Of a stretch of 64,000 bases of DNA, positions 1 through 10,693 are shown in pieces. The stretch comes from Lepidodermella squamata (lineage: Eukaryota; Animalia; Gastrotricha): contig JBLDXI010000001.1 in assembly GCA_047495785.1 (NCBI GenBank), positions 558,001 through 622,000 of the forward strand. The letters are read 5' to 3'. The notes under the pieces were generated by a model. It searched no databases, was not told the DNA's origin, and saw only the letters and a list, made by a program, of their open reading frames with translations. The translations under genes and the position numbers were made by a program. The first letter of the stretch is position 1. The number at the start of each line of letters is the position of its first letter.

Positions 1-22
1 GCATTTCAAGATTTTAACTTGC

Positions 23-533
23 CTTCCTTCTGTTCGTGGCCGATCAGCGTATCAAGAAGTGTAGCATAAGAAATGTGATCGGGAAAAACTCCAAATTCCT
101 TTTTATTACCAACCAACTTTCGCAGCCGAGCGAAATATTTACGTTCGGCGTACGCTCGAGTGATGATGGCAGGTGTGCTATCGAGCCAACGTGACGATCT
201 AGGACCACGACGGAAAGTTGGAAGAACACTTTTCTCGAACAGCTCCAACTCGTTTTCGTCGTATAGCCCGCCTCCAATGCCGAGCGCAAGTGTATCTATG
301 TCGATTTCGTAGAATTTTCCGCCCTTCGCCGCATGATCTTTGGCAGCGATCAGGAACTCGGAAGAGGTCCCGGGGCGGACTTTACATTCAGCCAGTTGCG
401 ACTGTAAATATGAGTCCCATTGGCGATTGCATAGATAGGCTTCAGGTAAAAAACTGCGATGAGTGGGTGGCGAGTGTTTCACGGCTGCAACGGTGCTTTG
501 CAATCTCCTCACCAACAATTGAGGCCGAAACAT
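23..533 (-). CDS. MRPS27: Mitochondrial small-subunit ribosomal protein S27 (PPR protein), 5' exon; gene continues beyond the window start
   Basis: Arg-rich mitochondrial-presequence-like N-terminus. RSFLPEAYLCNRQW and FGVFPDHISYATLLD resemble conserved MRPS27 blocks. The exon probably ends at an AG|GCAAGT donor near 22. Confidence 0.75.
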
Positions 534-595
534 GTTCTCTCAATCCTTTTAATACACTAACTTATAAAGCAAAACATCAAATTTATTGAGATAAT

Positions 596-2653
596 TCAGG
601 ACTTGAGAATAATAGCAGAAATGCTTTCTACATTAGCTCGAATGTAGCTAGTGGCGAAGTTACTAGGTTCAGAAAGAGCCGAGACTGAAACAGTGGTCAG
701 TTGACTTTGAAGCGTGCGAATTGCCATCGCAATACTCGATGCGATTTCGCTATTATCTGATGCTTCACTGCCTTCAGTGGAGGGCACTTGCTTCGCGGTT
801 TGGAATACAAGATGTAACACGTACTCCAAAAGATCAGGACGGAACAAGCAGGTTGAAAAATGCTGCAACAATACCTGGAGCCTAGAAGGAATCAGAGCCT
901 CGCCGGGCGATTCCACTTTCATAGGAACATTATCAAACATCCATTTTACTATTTCGGCGCACAGCTGAGCATTCACTGGCCAATTTTGAGCCTGACAAAG
1001 TACCAGTAGAGTACAAGGAACAATCAATAAACTAGAGTCTTTCAACGGCCACCTTAATTCGAGACTTTTTCTGACTAGATAAGCCGTCATCTCGGAAAAC
1101 ATTGCTGACGAGACCGGCACAAAGAGGAAACAGGTCGTGTTTGCGTATTCATTCAAATCGAGATCATCCTCTCCAGTTTCCGAACCAGTCAAATCTGCTT
1201 CGAGAACCGATCGAGTTGCTTCAGTTATCCTCCCACTTGCAGCAATACACATTATGCGTTGTGCAACGTGTGACTTCAGTGTTGTTTTTGTGGGCTCTGC
1301 GAACCGCTTTGCTGCTTCTTCAAAGCTACCTTTGTATATGAGGGTCTCGACGCGAAACTGGTCCATGAATCTTAACGGGTCCTCATCGTCGAAATATGTG
1401 GAAATTTCACCGAAAATTTCGAATATGCGTCTAGGTAACCGAATGCATGAAGATGATGGTGAAATTGATAGCAAGTAGTTCCATATGTTGAATGCAGAAG
1501 CTAGACTTTCGCTCACGGCAGAATCATCTGCTCCAGCCCAGATAATTTCAATCTTGCTTTTGCCATCCATTTGGACACTTTCATTTAGTAAATGCAATGA
1601 AGGAATCAAAACTGGGCGCTGATTTTCACTGTCAGAGCTGCTCATCAGAGACCGAAGGTAAGCTGTCAAGTTTCTCAGCAGGCCAAGTACAGTCATAGTA
1701 GCCAAAACTTCGCCCGTCATATCAGATTCTTCGCTACTCAAATTCACAAAACGATCTTGTAAATTAAGAAGGTAGCCCGTCAAGTCGTCCAGGGATGATG
1801 GAATTTTAGGATCTACACCGCCATCTTCCGAAAATACAGCTGGCACTGAGAAACCCAGCAGAGAAAACAAAACACAGTTGACGAGAGCTAAACAAGGCTG
1901 CCATTGGCGGTCAATGGAAATCAGGGACGTAGTTGAGAAGTTGAATGCCGTTGAGAGCACGTGGCCAATATAAATGTGAAGACATCGTAATGCCAACTTG
2001 GGAGATAAGCGAGATACAACTGGATGAGGTTCGCCATCAAGCAACTTGCTGTGAAAGAGCGCTGGCAATATTTTTTCACAAAAACACCGGCGCAATTCCC
2101 GCGATGGCGAAGCTAGTAATTTCTCGAGCAAATCAGTGCATGCCAATGACACGAAAGCGTCGGAAAATGAGCCGCCACTGGTACACGCATCTTGCAAGGC
2201 ATTACAGAGAATTTCTGCCCGCTTTGTAAGGCTACTTAAACCACTAGTTCCAACAGATTTCAATTTAACAACTGCTTGCACGTCAGGAGGTAACTTGCTG
2301 ATAATCATCGAAGCAGTTTTGTGTGTCTTCTCAATTTTTTCCAACTCTTCTCCGGATGAAATAGCAAATAAATTACAGAAACGCTCGTCATCTGCATCAT
2401 CTGCTAGTGACTTCAACTCAGCAGCAACAATCTCAGTGTGACTGAATTTCGATATCAAGTTAGTTAACAACAGTGCGGCAATGATCGGCTTTTCTTGAGT
2501 ACGCAAAACCCTGAAAAGACTGATGTTCGCTTCAAGGTTCGAAGGATAAAGGCTGGCTGCAGTTAACAGCCACGATAGCTGATCATCAGATCCAGGTGAC
2601 GCTAGTTTCGCTTGCTCACTGAGCCAAGCTTCGCGAGAATTAGAGGCGAGCAT
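596..2653 (-). CDS. INTS10: Integrator complex subunit 10-like protein (divergent, one long exon)
   Basis: ~685 aa helical ORF from ATG 2653. N-terminal SWLLTAASLYPSN resembles the INTS10 AWL(I/L)TARSLYP motif, and the length fits. Confidence 0.65.
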   Translation of the reverse strand: MLASNSREAWLSEQAKLASPGSDDQLSWLLTAASLYPSNLEANISLFRVLRTQEKPIIAALLLTNLISKFSHTEIVAAELKSLADDADDERFCNLFAISSGEELEKIEKTHKTASMIISKLPPDVQAVVKLKSVGTSGLSSLTKRAEILCNALQDACTSGGSFSDAFVSLACTDLLEKLLASPSRELRRCFCEKILPALFHSKLLDGEPHPVVSRLSPKLALRCLHIYIGHVLSTAFNFSTTSLISIDRQWQPCLALVNCVLFSLLGFSVPAVFSEDGGVDPKIPSSLDDLTGYLLNLQDRFVNLSSEESDMTGEVLATMTVLGLLRNLTAYLRSLMSSSDSENQRPVLIPSLHLLNESVQMDGKSKIEIIWAGADDSAVSESLASAFNIWNYLLSISPSSSCIRLPRRIFEIFGEISTYFDDEDPLRFMDQFRVETLIYKGSFEEAAKRFAEPTKTTLKSHVAQRIMCIAASGRITEATRSVLEADLTGSETGEDDLDLNEYANTTCFLFVPVSSAMFSEMTAYLVRKSLELRWPLKDSSLLIVPCTLLVLCQAQNWPVNAQLCAEIVKWMFDNVPMKVESPGEALIPSRLQVLLQHFSTCLFRPDLLEYVLHLVFQTAKQVPSTEGSEASDNSEIASSIAMAIRTLQSQLTTVSVSALSEPSNFATSYIRANVESISAIILKS

Positions 2654-2995
2654 CGAAAATGTTGCTCTACGCACCGACACACAGCACGATTAAATATGAA
2701 GCACCGGCAATGTCTAAGAGAAAAGAAATAGGGTGAATATCAATTCAATAGCCTAAAACCAGGTGGCGATAATCAGCAAATAGTAAGTATCCAAATATTT
2801 TCCTGGCATACGCGACAGCCAATTATGAAATGATAGGTAGTTCCAGTACGTACTAGATTATACTTCTGACATGCTGCGAAAAATAAAAAATTGCCGTTCT
2901 TGGTTCTTCAATTACGTTGTTATAACGTTGGTGTCTCTTCGAGAGTGCAGTTTTACCGACGGAAGCGGGGATCGGAGGCTGCGAAAAGCTCTATA

Positions 2996-3111
2996 CAGGG
3001 TGTTCGCGTAATAATACTCTGGATGAGCTAAAAATAGCTACAAAAAAGCTCAAATGAATGCAAAAAGTAGCAAAGCTATTTTTAGAAGAGTATTATTACG
3101 CGAACACCCTG
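2996..3111. mobile_element. Tc1/mariner-type MITE (116 bp)
   Basis: Perfect 25-bp terminal inverted repeats CAGGGTGTTCGCGTAATAATACTCT (2996-3020) and AGAGTATTATTACGCGAACACCCTG (3087-3111), flanked by TA on both sides (2994-95, 3112-13). Confidence 0.85.
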
Positions 3112-4017
3112 TAGATAGCCCTACAAGAGAGAGTAAAGAGTAAGGGTCGCCCCTGGCACTCCAAACATTGGGAATATGGCATGCCGGACCGCGGTCGGCA
3201 AAGGCAACGGACGGTAACAGCGTCCGCGGGCACCGAGAGCCAAAAAAACCCTTCAAGACAGACCCAACACCGGCAGACCACGTGGCCAAAAATCGACTTC
3301 ATTAGAAAAATTGAGATTTATTAATAAATCAATGCATAAACATGAAAATAAAAATGGCATTAAATAACTGTCATATAAAAATTAAAGCCCATTTTGCAAG
3401 TCTTTTCTTTTGCGGCGAAAAAGCTGTTGCCGCGTCTCGTGCCGGTGAGCGTGACCAAGTCTCCGGTCTCCAAGCAAGTGAGGAGTTGGGAGTTGGAAGT
3501 TCATGTATGTGCATGCCAGATACGATGGTAGATTTTGACCCTAAATCATTCAAGGTTAAAGATGAGGCGTTGCCTTCTGACAGTTGTGATCGTGTTTGTG
3601 ATCGATACGTTACTGTGATTTAGAAGTCCCACCTCCCACCTAAGCGACTTGGGTATCTTTCGCATTCAAGAGATCTGTCATAAGCCAGAAATCTCGCGCG
3701 CTAATTTAATCATTAATTTGCGAAATTCTACTATCAAATGACGACATAGGCACTTCTGTCTCCTGGCCCTCATGTTTCAATCTCAATCACCTTCAGGTAG
3801 GTGGTAGTTCAAGTGTATTGAACTCATGTTTTTATTCTTCAAGCGTGACAACTTAACGTTGGACGAGCTTATCAGCCTAACCAATCACTCGTAAATGATG
3901 TGATTCTTATGAATATCACTTTCTGTCAACCTTTTCTCATTTAAATTTGTTAATATTGGTTTTTTTGTTCTAGGGTTCTTAGTCGTTTGTCTGTGATAAC
4001 TTTTAGTGAAACGTGCA

Positions 4018-6324
4018 ATGCTCTCAAGGGGTATGAATTAATTGCCATCTTTAATATGTTCCTCGAAAATATAACGTTATTTTATAGCTACGTTCATTAT
4101 CGCTGCCGTCAGCTCCATACTGGTTCTGTCGAGTGCTAAGCAAATGTACGAGACTCTATATGCGTCCGATCTTACCCGGTTGCGTGGCGTTCTTGAGTCC
4201 CAAACTCGGTTTTCTGATGTTTGCTCAATTTACTATTCTGTCACCGGCTTGCAGTCACTTGAAGTTGAGCTGATTGACAAACCGGTAAACACTCATTTTA
4301 GTTTTTTGGGATTACCTTAAGTTGATTATTTAACAGAAACTGTGCAGTTCCCTGAAAGATCTACCGGCTCAAGATGCCGAAGCTCAGTTCTGCGCTGCTT
4401 CCGCGTCGAAGAAGCTGGCGTGTCCGGTATTTCATTGAATATTCCATCTTTTATCGACAGCTGACAGTTCCTTTAGATTACCCTCAGCGCTGATCAAATC
4501 TCTCAATTGAAAGCTGGTCTGAAAGACAAGTCATCAGTCGAGAAGTTGTATTACAGCTACGCTGCTCTTCAAGCCCAAGACAAAGTTGCCGATGGTAATC
4601 ATCAATAATTATACCTGGTTATTTAGTTTCTTACGATGTTTTCAATAGTCAAGGGCGCGGAACTTATTGCGACTGTCAAGGAAGCGCTGAAGACCGATGA
4701 CAGCCCGGCTAGCTACGGTTTTGCGTTCCACCTCGCCGCGCTTTTGCCTACCAATGAAGCCGCTACGTTTGTCGAATTCATCGAAGATATTGTTGCACAA
4801 GCTGACGAAGTCGACGGAAAGTATTTGCAATACGACGGTGGTGTTATCACTACTGCCCTGGTTGTTGAAGGTGCATTGACCCTTGCCGATAAAGCAGCCA
4901 AGGCTCCGACTGGTCTCGATGGAAAGAAAACGACTCTGTTCGCCAACTATTTGGTTTCACGTCGCCTGACCACTCAAGTCAAGGCTGCTGGTCGCCTATC
5001 TGCTGCTCTGGCTGCAATTGGAAAGAACAACGTAAGATCTTTGAATTTATATCATTTCTTTTGGGACCGAGTACTGTTGTTTGTTTGTTTCATCAAGTCT
5101 TACTTTCAAAATATATCGGTTCAAAATTGACAGCATTAGTTGAACTACTTCATCTCAATGAATTATTTTCGCATTGAGCTATCACCTAACGCTTATATTT
5201 TTCAGTATTACCGCCCAATTTCGGTGTCAGTCTCTGCTGACTCTACCTCACTGTCGGACACCAAGCGTACCTTCAAGGTCGTTGTCCACGACGTCCTTGG
5301 TCGCCTGCCTAAGTCTCCGGTCACCGTCACCGTCCAGTCGGCTAAGCATGTCAAGTCAGCGAAGAGCCTCCTCGACAACAAGCAAATGAAGATGAACGAG
5401 CTCGGCATCTACGAGGTCGAAATCGCCGAGGCTAAGCCCGAGTCTGGATTGTACAAGTTCACCCTCAAGGTCACATCGACCGACAACAAGATCGTCGGAA
5501 TTGCTGAACCGATTGTGCTGGACGCTCGTGTTGTTACTCAAATCGTTATTGCGTCAGCTGAAGTCGGCACTGCTGATTCGGATGCCACTAATGCCGGTAC
5601 TAAGCTCTCTGCCGCCACTTTCCCTAACAAACTGGCGCAAACTCTGGATGTTGATGAACATCAGAAGTTGGTTATGAAGTTCTTGGTCAAGGATGCTCGC
5701 TTGGACAAGGCTATTTTGGTCCACCAGGCTTTCATCCGCTTCGAACACATTGCATCTGGCAAGGAGGCTGTGTTCGTCGCCGAGCCAGAGTCGTCGACTA
5801 ACTTGTACAAATTTGACCTCCCGCTGAAGACCAAGGCCAAGGATTTCGGCTTCGTTAGCGGAGAGTACAAAATGTTTTTGATTGTCGGCGATGCCGCTGT
5901 TGCCCAGTCTCAGGTGTGGCACGTTGCTAACGTTCGCATTCACTTCTCTCAGCAACCGTCGACCACGAAGAAAATCGACGGAGTTATTTATGAGACGAAA
6001 CCTGAAATCAAGCACCTTTTCCGTGCTCCGGAAAAGCGCCCGGCTGAGATTGTTTCATTGGTGTTTTCTGCGATTTGCCTCGCCCCAATCCTCATTCTGC
6101 TCGGTCTCTGGGGCAAGTTGGGTGCCAATATTTCGAACTTTGATTTCAGCATTTCGACCCTCGCTTTCCACGGAAGCCTGGCCGCTATTTTCGGCCTGTT
6201 CGGCTGCTTCTTCTTGACGCTGAACATGTTCCAGACCCTGAAGTACCTGACCATCCTCGCCGTTCCGACATTTTTCTTCGGCAATCGCGTTCTCGCAGCT
6301 ATTGCTGCCAAGAAGACGGCGTAA
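4018..6324 (+). CDS. RPN2: Ribophorin II (oligosaccharyltransferase subunit delta), multi-exon
   Basis: Spliced signal peptide MLSR|ATFIIAAVSSILVLSSA. Contains ADEVDGKYLQYDGG, VHQAFIRF, KPEIKHLFRAPEKRP and three C-terminal TM segments ending LNMFQTLKYL. Confidence 0.95.
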
Positions 6325-6894
6325 ATGTTCTTTTTGAAGCTGCTGACGTGTTAGACACGAAAAAAACCGGAAGGAACTATCTCTGCCACTACCTAATATG
6401 ACAGCTTGATATAATGATAACAATAATCGAACTATTTGCGTGTTTCTTTTCTTTCGCGTTCTTAAATGTGCATGCAGGAAGGTCGTGCAATCACAACCTA
6501 GTTCATGGTGATTTAAACATCAACAACTGCTAATCTATGATAAACGTATTCCTGGTGTTGTGACAAGTTTTAAGGCGGATGTGCGCTGATATACTGCTCG
6601 CGAACCGCGCTACTTGCCAAATTGGTTAATTTCTGTTTTCAAAAAACAAGTGAATAAAACGAACGATGTGATGCGCTGAGAGCGGTGACGGTTGTGTCTT
6701 TAGATGTTCTGCTGTATAAGTATGCTTTAAGTTATATGTATCATACTCTTTCTGACGTAGTAATATACTGTGCGTTCTGCAATTTTGGTTGCTGTATGTT
6801 ATAACGAGAAAAATTTTGTGGAGAAAAATGGCGGAAACGATTAAAAATTGTTTTATTTGTTCTTAGTCTTTTTTGATACTATTGAGAGGAGAGA

Positions 6895-8829
6895 ATGATG
6901 CAGCCCTCGGAGCTTGGACACGGCCACAGCCACGCCCCGGGCGAAGCGTGTAACCACGGACAAATGCAGCTACCGCCAGGATTCCAACTACCGCCCGGCT
7001 ATCAACTGCCACCTGGGTACCAATTGCCACCAGGGTTTCAGCAGCCTGGAGTTATGAATCAACAACCTGCCCAAATGCCTATCACTGGTCCGATCAGTTC
7101 ATCTGCCCGATTACTAGACACGTTGGACGCAAAACTCATCGCAGCTGCTAAAGCTGGGTAAGTTGCCAGACTAACTAAGAAAAACCTGGCTGTTACTGTT
7201 GCAATTTTTCAGTCAACTTGATGTCATGAAAGAGCTTGTTGAAACAAACGGAGTCGAATGTCTGAAGAAAGCTATAGATTACGAGCGTGGCTGCTCTCTA
7301 ATCCACTGGGCTGCTATCAACGGGAATGTTCCAATGGTCGAGTACTTGCACCAACAGGTAACTTACTCCAAGCTTTTTACTTACGAAAAGTAACATCATT
7401 ATTATAGGGACTAAGCCTGTCGGCAGAAACTGACCCTCCTACTGACGCACAGGCGGCTGAACAGGCACGGCAGCAACCGATTCACGTTGCCGCCGCTCGA
7501 GGACAAGTCCCTGTCGTTGATTGGTTGATTCGAAATGGCGTTGACATGAACACGCCTGACAGCAAAGGAGTGACTCCGATAATCGCAGCCGCCCAATACA
7601 ACCAAGTCCCGTTGATAACTTACTTGCTAGCGAAAGGCGCCGATACTAAGCGGAGAGATCGAGAGGGGGATGGCCCGTTGCAATGGGCTGCGTTTAAAGG
7701 ACATGCTACTATCGTGAGAATGCTTCTGGATCTAGGCTTCGACCCTACCGAGCGAGATTCCTTCGACCAAACCGCCCTTCATTTAGCGTCTATCAAGGGC
7801 CATATGGACGTTATTAAAGAATTGATGCAACAGGGCGGGATGAAGCAGGTACTGACCTGGGCTGACAAGAACGGCCGTACCCCGATTCAGCTGGCTGAAA
7901 ACCGCAACCACACTCATATTGTCACGTTCTATAAGCAATCAAGCCGTTCAAAGCTGTCAATTTACACCGCTGTGACTTCTGTGATATTGGGCCCGCCTGA
8001 AAGGCAGCGTTTCGCCCTAATTTTCTTCGTTCTCAACTTTTTGCTCTTCTGCTACCCAATTTATTTGTTCAAAACTGTTCCAATCACGTGGGAAGACCTC
8101 AAACTCGCTCATTGCCTCTTCATTTTCCTCAACATGGCAATGTGGGTCTGCTATTGGCGTTGCATGCTCTCCGACCCGGGTTTTCTACCGAAAAATAGCT
8201 CAGACTACGACACGGCGATGAAGCAACTCGCGTCGCCTGCCTTCGATTGGGCTCGTTTATCAGGCGACGCAGGCCATGGCGAAGCCGGCCATTCGTGCTC
8301 TAGTTCAAACAACCGAAACCCACTCGCCCGCCTGTGCCATACCTGTCGCGTTGTCAAGCCACTGCGCTCGAAGCACTGTCGGATTTGCGGGCGATGCGTT
8401 CGAAACGCTGATCACCACTGCCCGTGGGTGAACAACTGCGTCGGACTGCGGAATCGCGCCTGGTTCTACGGTTTCGTATTTTTCATCGCGATGATGGACG
8501 CGTGGATTGGCTGGTTCACGTTCGAACTGAACTCGCGGAATGAAATCACCATTCTCATCGGTGCTTGCCTCGCCGACGTTTTCCTATTCGGCTTCGCGAT
8601 CGTCATCGTTTGCCTCGTTCAAACTTTGAATATCTTGGACAACCTGACGACGAATGAGCGTTTCAACTGGCGGCGTTATACGCATTTCCGCAAGCCGGAT
8701 GGGTCATACATCAACCCGTTCTCCCGCGGCAAACTTGGCAATATTATGGAATACTTTGGCTGTATCCGCGAACGAACTGTTATCACTGAGGAGGATGAAA
8801 TGTTCTCGACTAAAGTCGGCAGTGTCTGA
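6895..8829 (+). CDS. Ankyrin-repeat DHHC palmitoyltransferase (HIP14/ZDHHC17/13 or Patsas-like), 3 exons
   Basis: Ankyrin repeats (LIHWAAING, PLQWAAFKGH, TALHLASIKGH). DPG motif, CHTC..KPLRSKHCRICGRCV..ADHHCPWVNNCVG and TTNE motif. Confidence 0.93.
6967..7038 (+). repeat. Coding tandem repeat, 4 x 18 nt, encoding QLPPG[F/Y]
   Basis: QLPPGF QLPPGY QLPPGY QLPPGF, with synonymous differences between units. Confidence 0.9.
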
Positions 8830-10693
8830 AGTTCCTTATAAAGGATTAATTTGTTACAGGTTGTGTGCGCGTTCCCCTCAAATGATTTGTTACAGAGAAA
8901 TTATTAAGATGGATATTTCTCTTGATCAATTGTAATTTTGTGAACGATATCGAACGATTTGCTGCTCAAAATTGCACAAATCTCTCGTGTCTCGCGTTTC
9001 GGCTTCTGTTCAAATCTTCTCGGGTTAATTGCCTTATTTATTCTTTCTGCTGCGGAAGTTTTGCTGTTTATCATAGCCTTATATCAAATTATATTGGTTT
9101 TAATTTTTGATGATTCTGTGCAAATGCAGCTGGTGGTTGCTTTTTCTGCTTCTAGTCTGTCTGTTTAGGGCAAAGCCTGAATATATCTAGCAAGCTTACA
9201 TTGTAATATTTTCATGAGAGTACATACATCGAAAATTATTTACCATGTCACTAGCGCTGCTCACACTGCTCACTGCGTGAAATAACTGAATACAATTTTT
9301 ATTCAATATTCAATCACTTGTTTCACATCGAAATAGTCGTCCCTGGGGCAGCCAGATCCAAAGAGGTGTCATGATGTGTCTTGTCTATAGCGCGTTCTTT
9401 GACAAGCTCCATTTCATTTGCATGCAAATCATTTCCGCACAAGATATCTAGCCGGCGCGGTCTATATTTATTCTGTGATTTTTAATTATACGATGCATCT
9501 ACTACTACTACTCGTTGCTCTTGTTTTCGCGTGTTATGAAGCCTTTTTGAGCCTTGATTTCAGTGCGTGAAAGATTGTTATCGTTTTTAATCTCTCGAAT
9601 TTATTTGATAAGTACCCGATTGATATACTCACTCGAAGTCGGCTTGCTAGCTTTATTGTTCAAATTTAATGTTTGCGATTGAATACCGTCGCAAGAGAAT
9701 AACGCAATTACGATGCCTTATTATACAATGATTTTCCAACTATTATCAAAATTTACCGTAATAAAATTATATTTATTTCGAATCCCATCGGTCTTTTACA
9801 CTGCATTTCGCGATCGATAAATCGGGACGACGGGTGCTGGTAAACAAGGCTTAGACATTTCGAAGGGTCGAAGCCGAATCTTCACGGTCTGCACTTATTT
9901 AACAAGTCATGGCACTCGGCGATTATCCGCCGTGGATTATTTCTGTTCAGCCCAAATCGAAACAGAGATAAGTGCTGCAGTACTGGGCAGTCTCTAAGTG
10001 GTTAAAAAAATAATCATACCCGCTTTTTGTTTCGTAGACATGCCCGGGGCGAAAATCGATGCGTTGGCGTAGGTTGCTTGATAAAAACTCGAGAGTGGGG
10101 TGGGTAATCATCTTGTGCTTGGTGGTTGTAGCCAACACAAATTCGTTGCCAATTTCGAATTCGCCGATTGTTTATTATTTATCGGCGTTGTGCGCGAAAA
10201 AATGCTTCAGTTGAGGATTTAGCCCACACGCACTGAGCTTTCATCCATTCAACAATTTGCTCGCGCTTTTGTTACACCTAAGCATTATTTTATAAATTTA
10301 TCTTCACCGGCATAAATAGTTCTATGCTTTGTTCTTAGGTATTATCGGGAGAAGAAATTATCGCACTTATATAGATTTCTTGTATCATGTAGTGTTAAAA
10401 TATTTATCCATTCAAATTAATTTATCAACTTGACGAAATAGCAGAGTACTTCGGGCCAATTGAGGCATGCGTTTAGGCGCAAGTGATGAAGTTAGCCACG
10501 ACGGCGACGACGAAACAAGCGCTATTTGCACCGTCGTCTTCGTCGCTTATCGATGATATACTGCATTATATGGCAGTGTGGTAGTATAGATCGGTCGACA
10601 TGACCCGAGGCATTTCCCGACCCGCTTGCTGCTTATACTTTGTCCACGCAACTATTCAGCGCTAGTCTAGCCATAAGGCACCACCTTATTTTA

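Noticed and set aside
2690-2872. Possible upstream exon or uORF for the INTS10-like gene (ATG TCA GAA|gt...)
   Set aside because: The acceptors I tested give short stopped peptides or are out of frame. It cannot be supported without transcripts.
3876-3882. CCTAACC as a possible telomerase RNA template
   Set aside because: A 7-mer is expected by chance, and no other telomerase RNA features were recognised.
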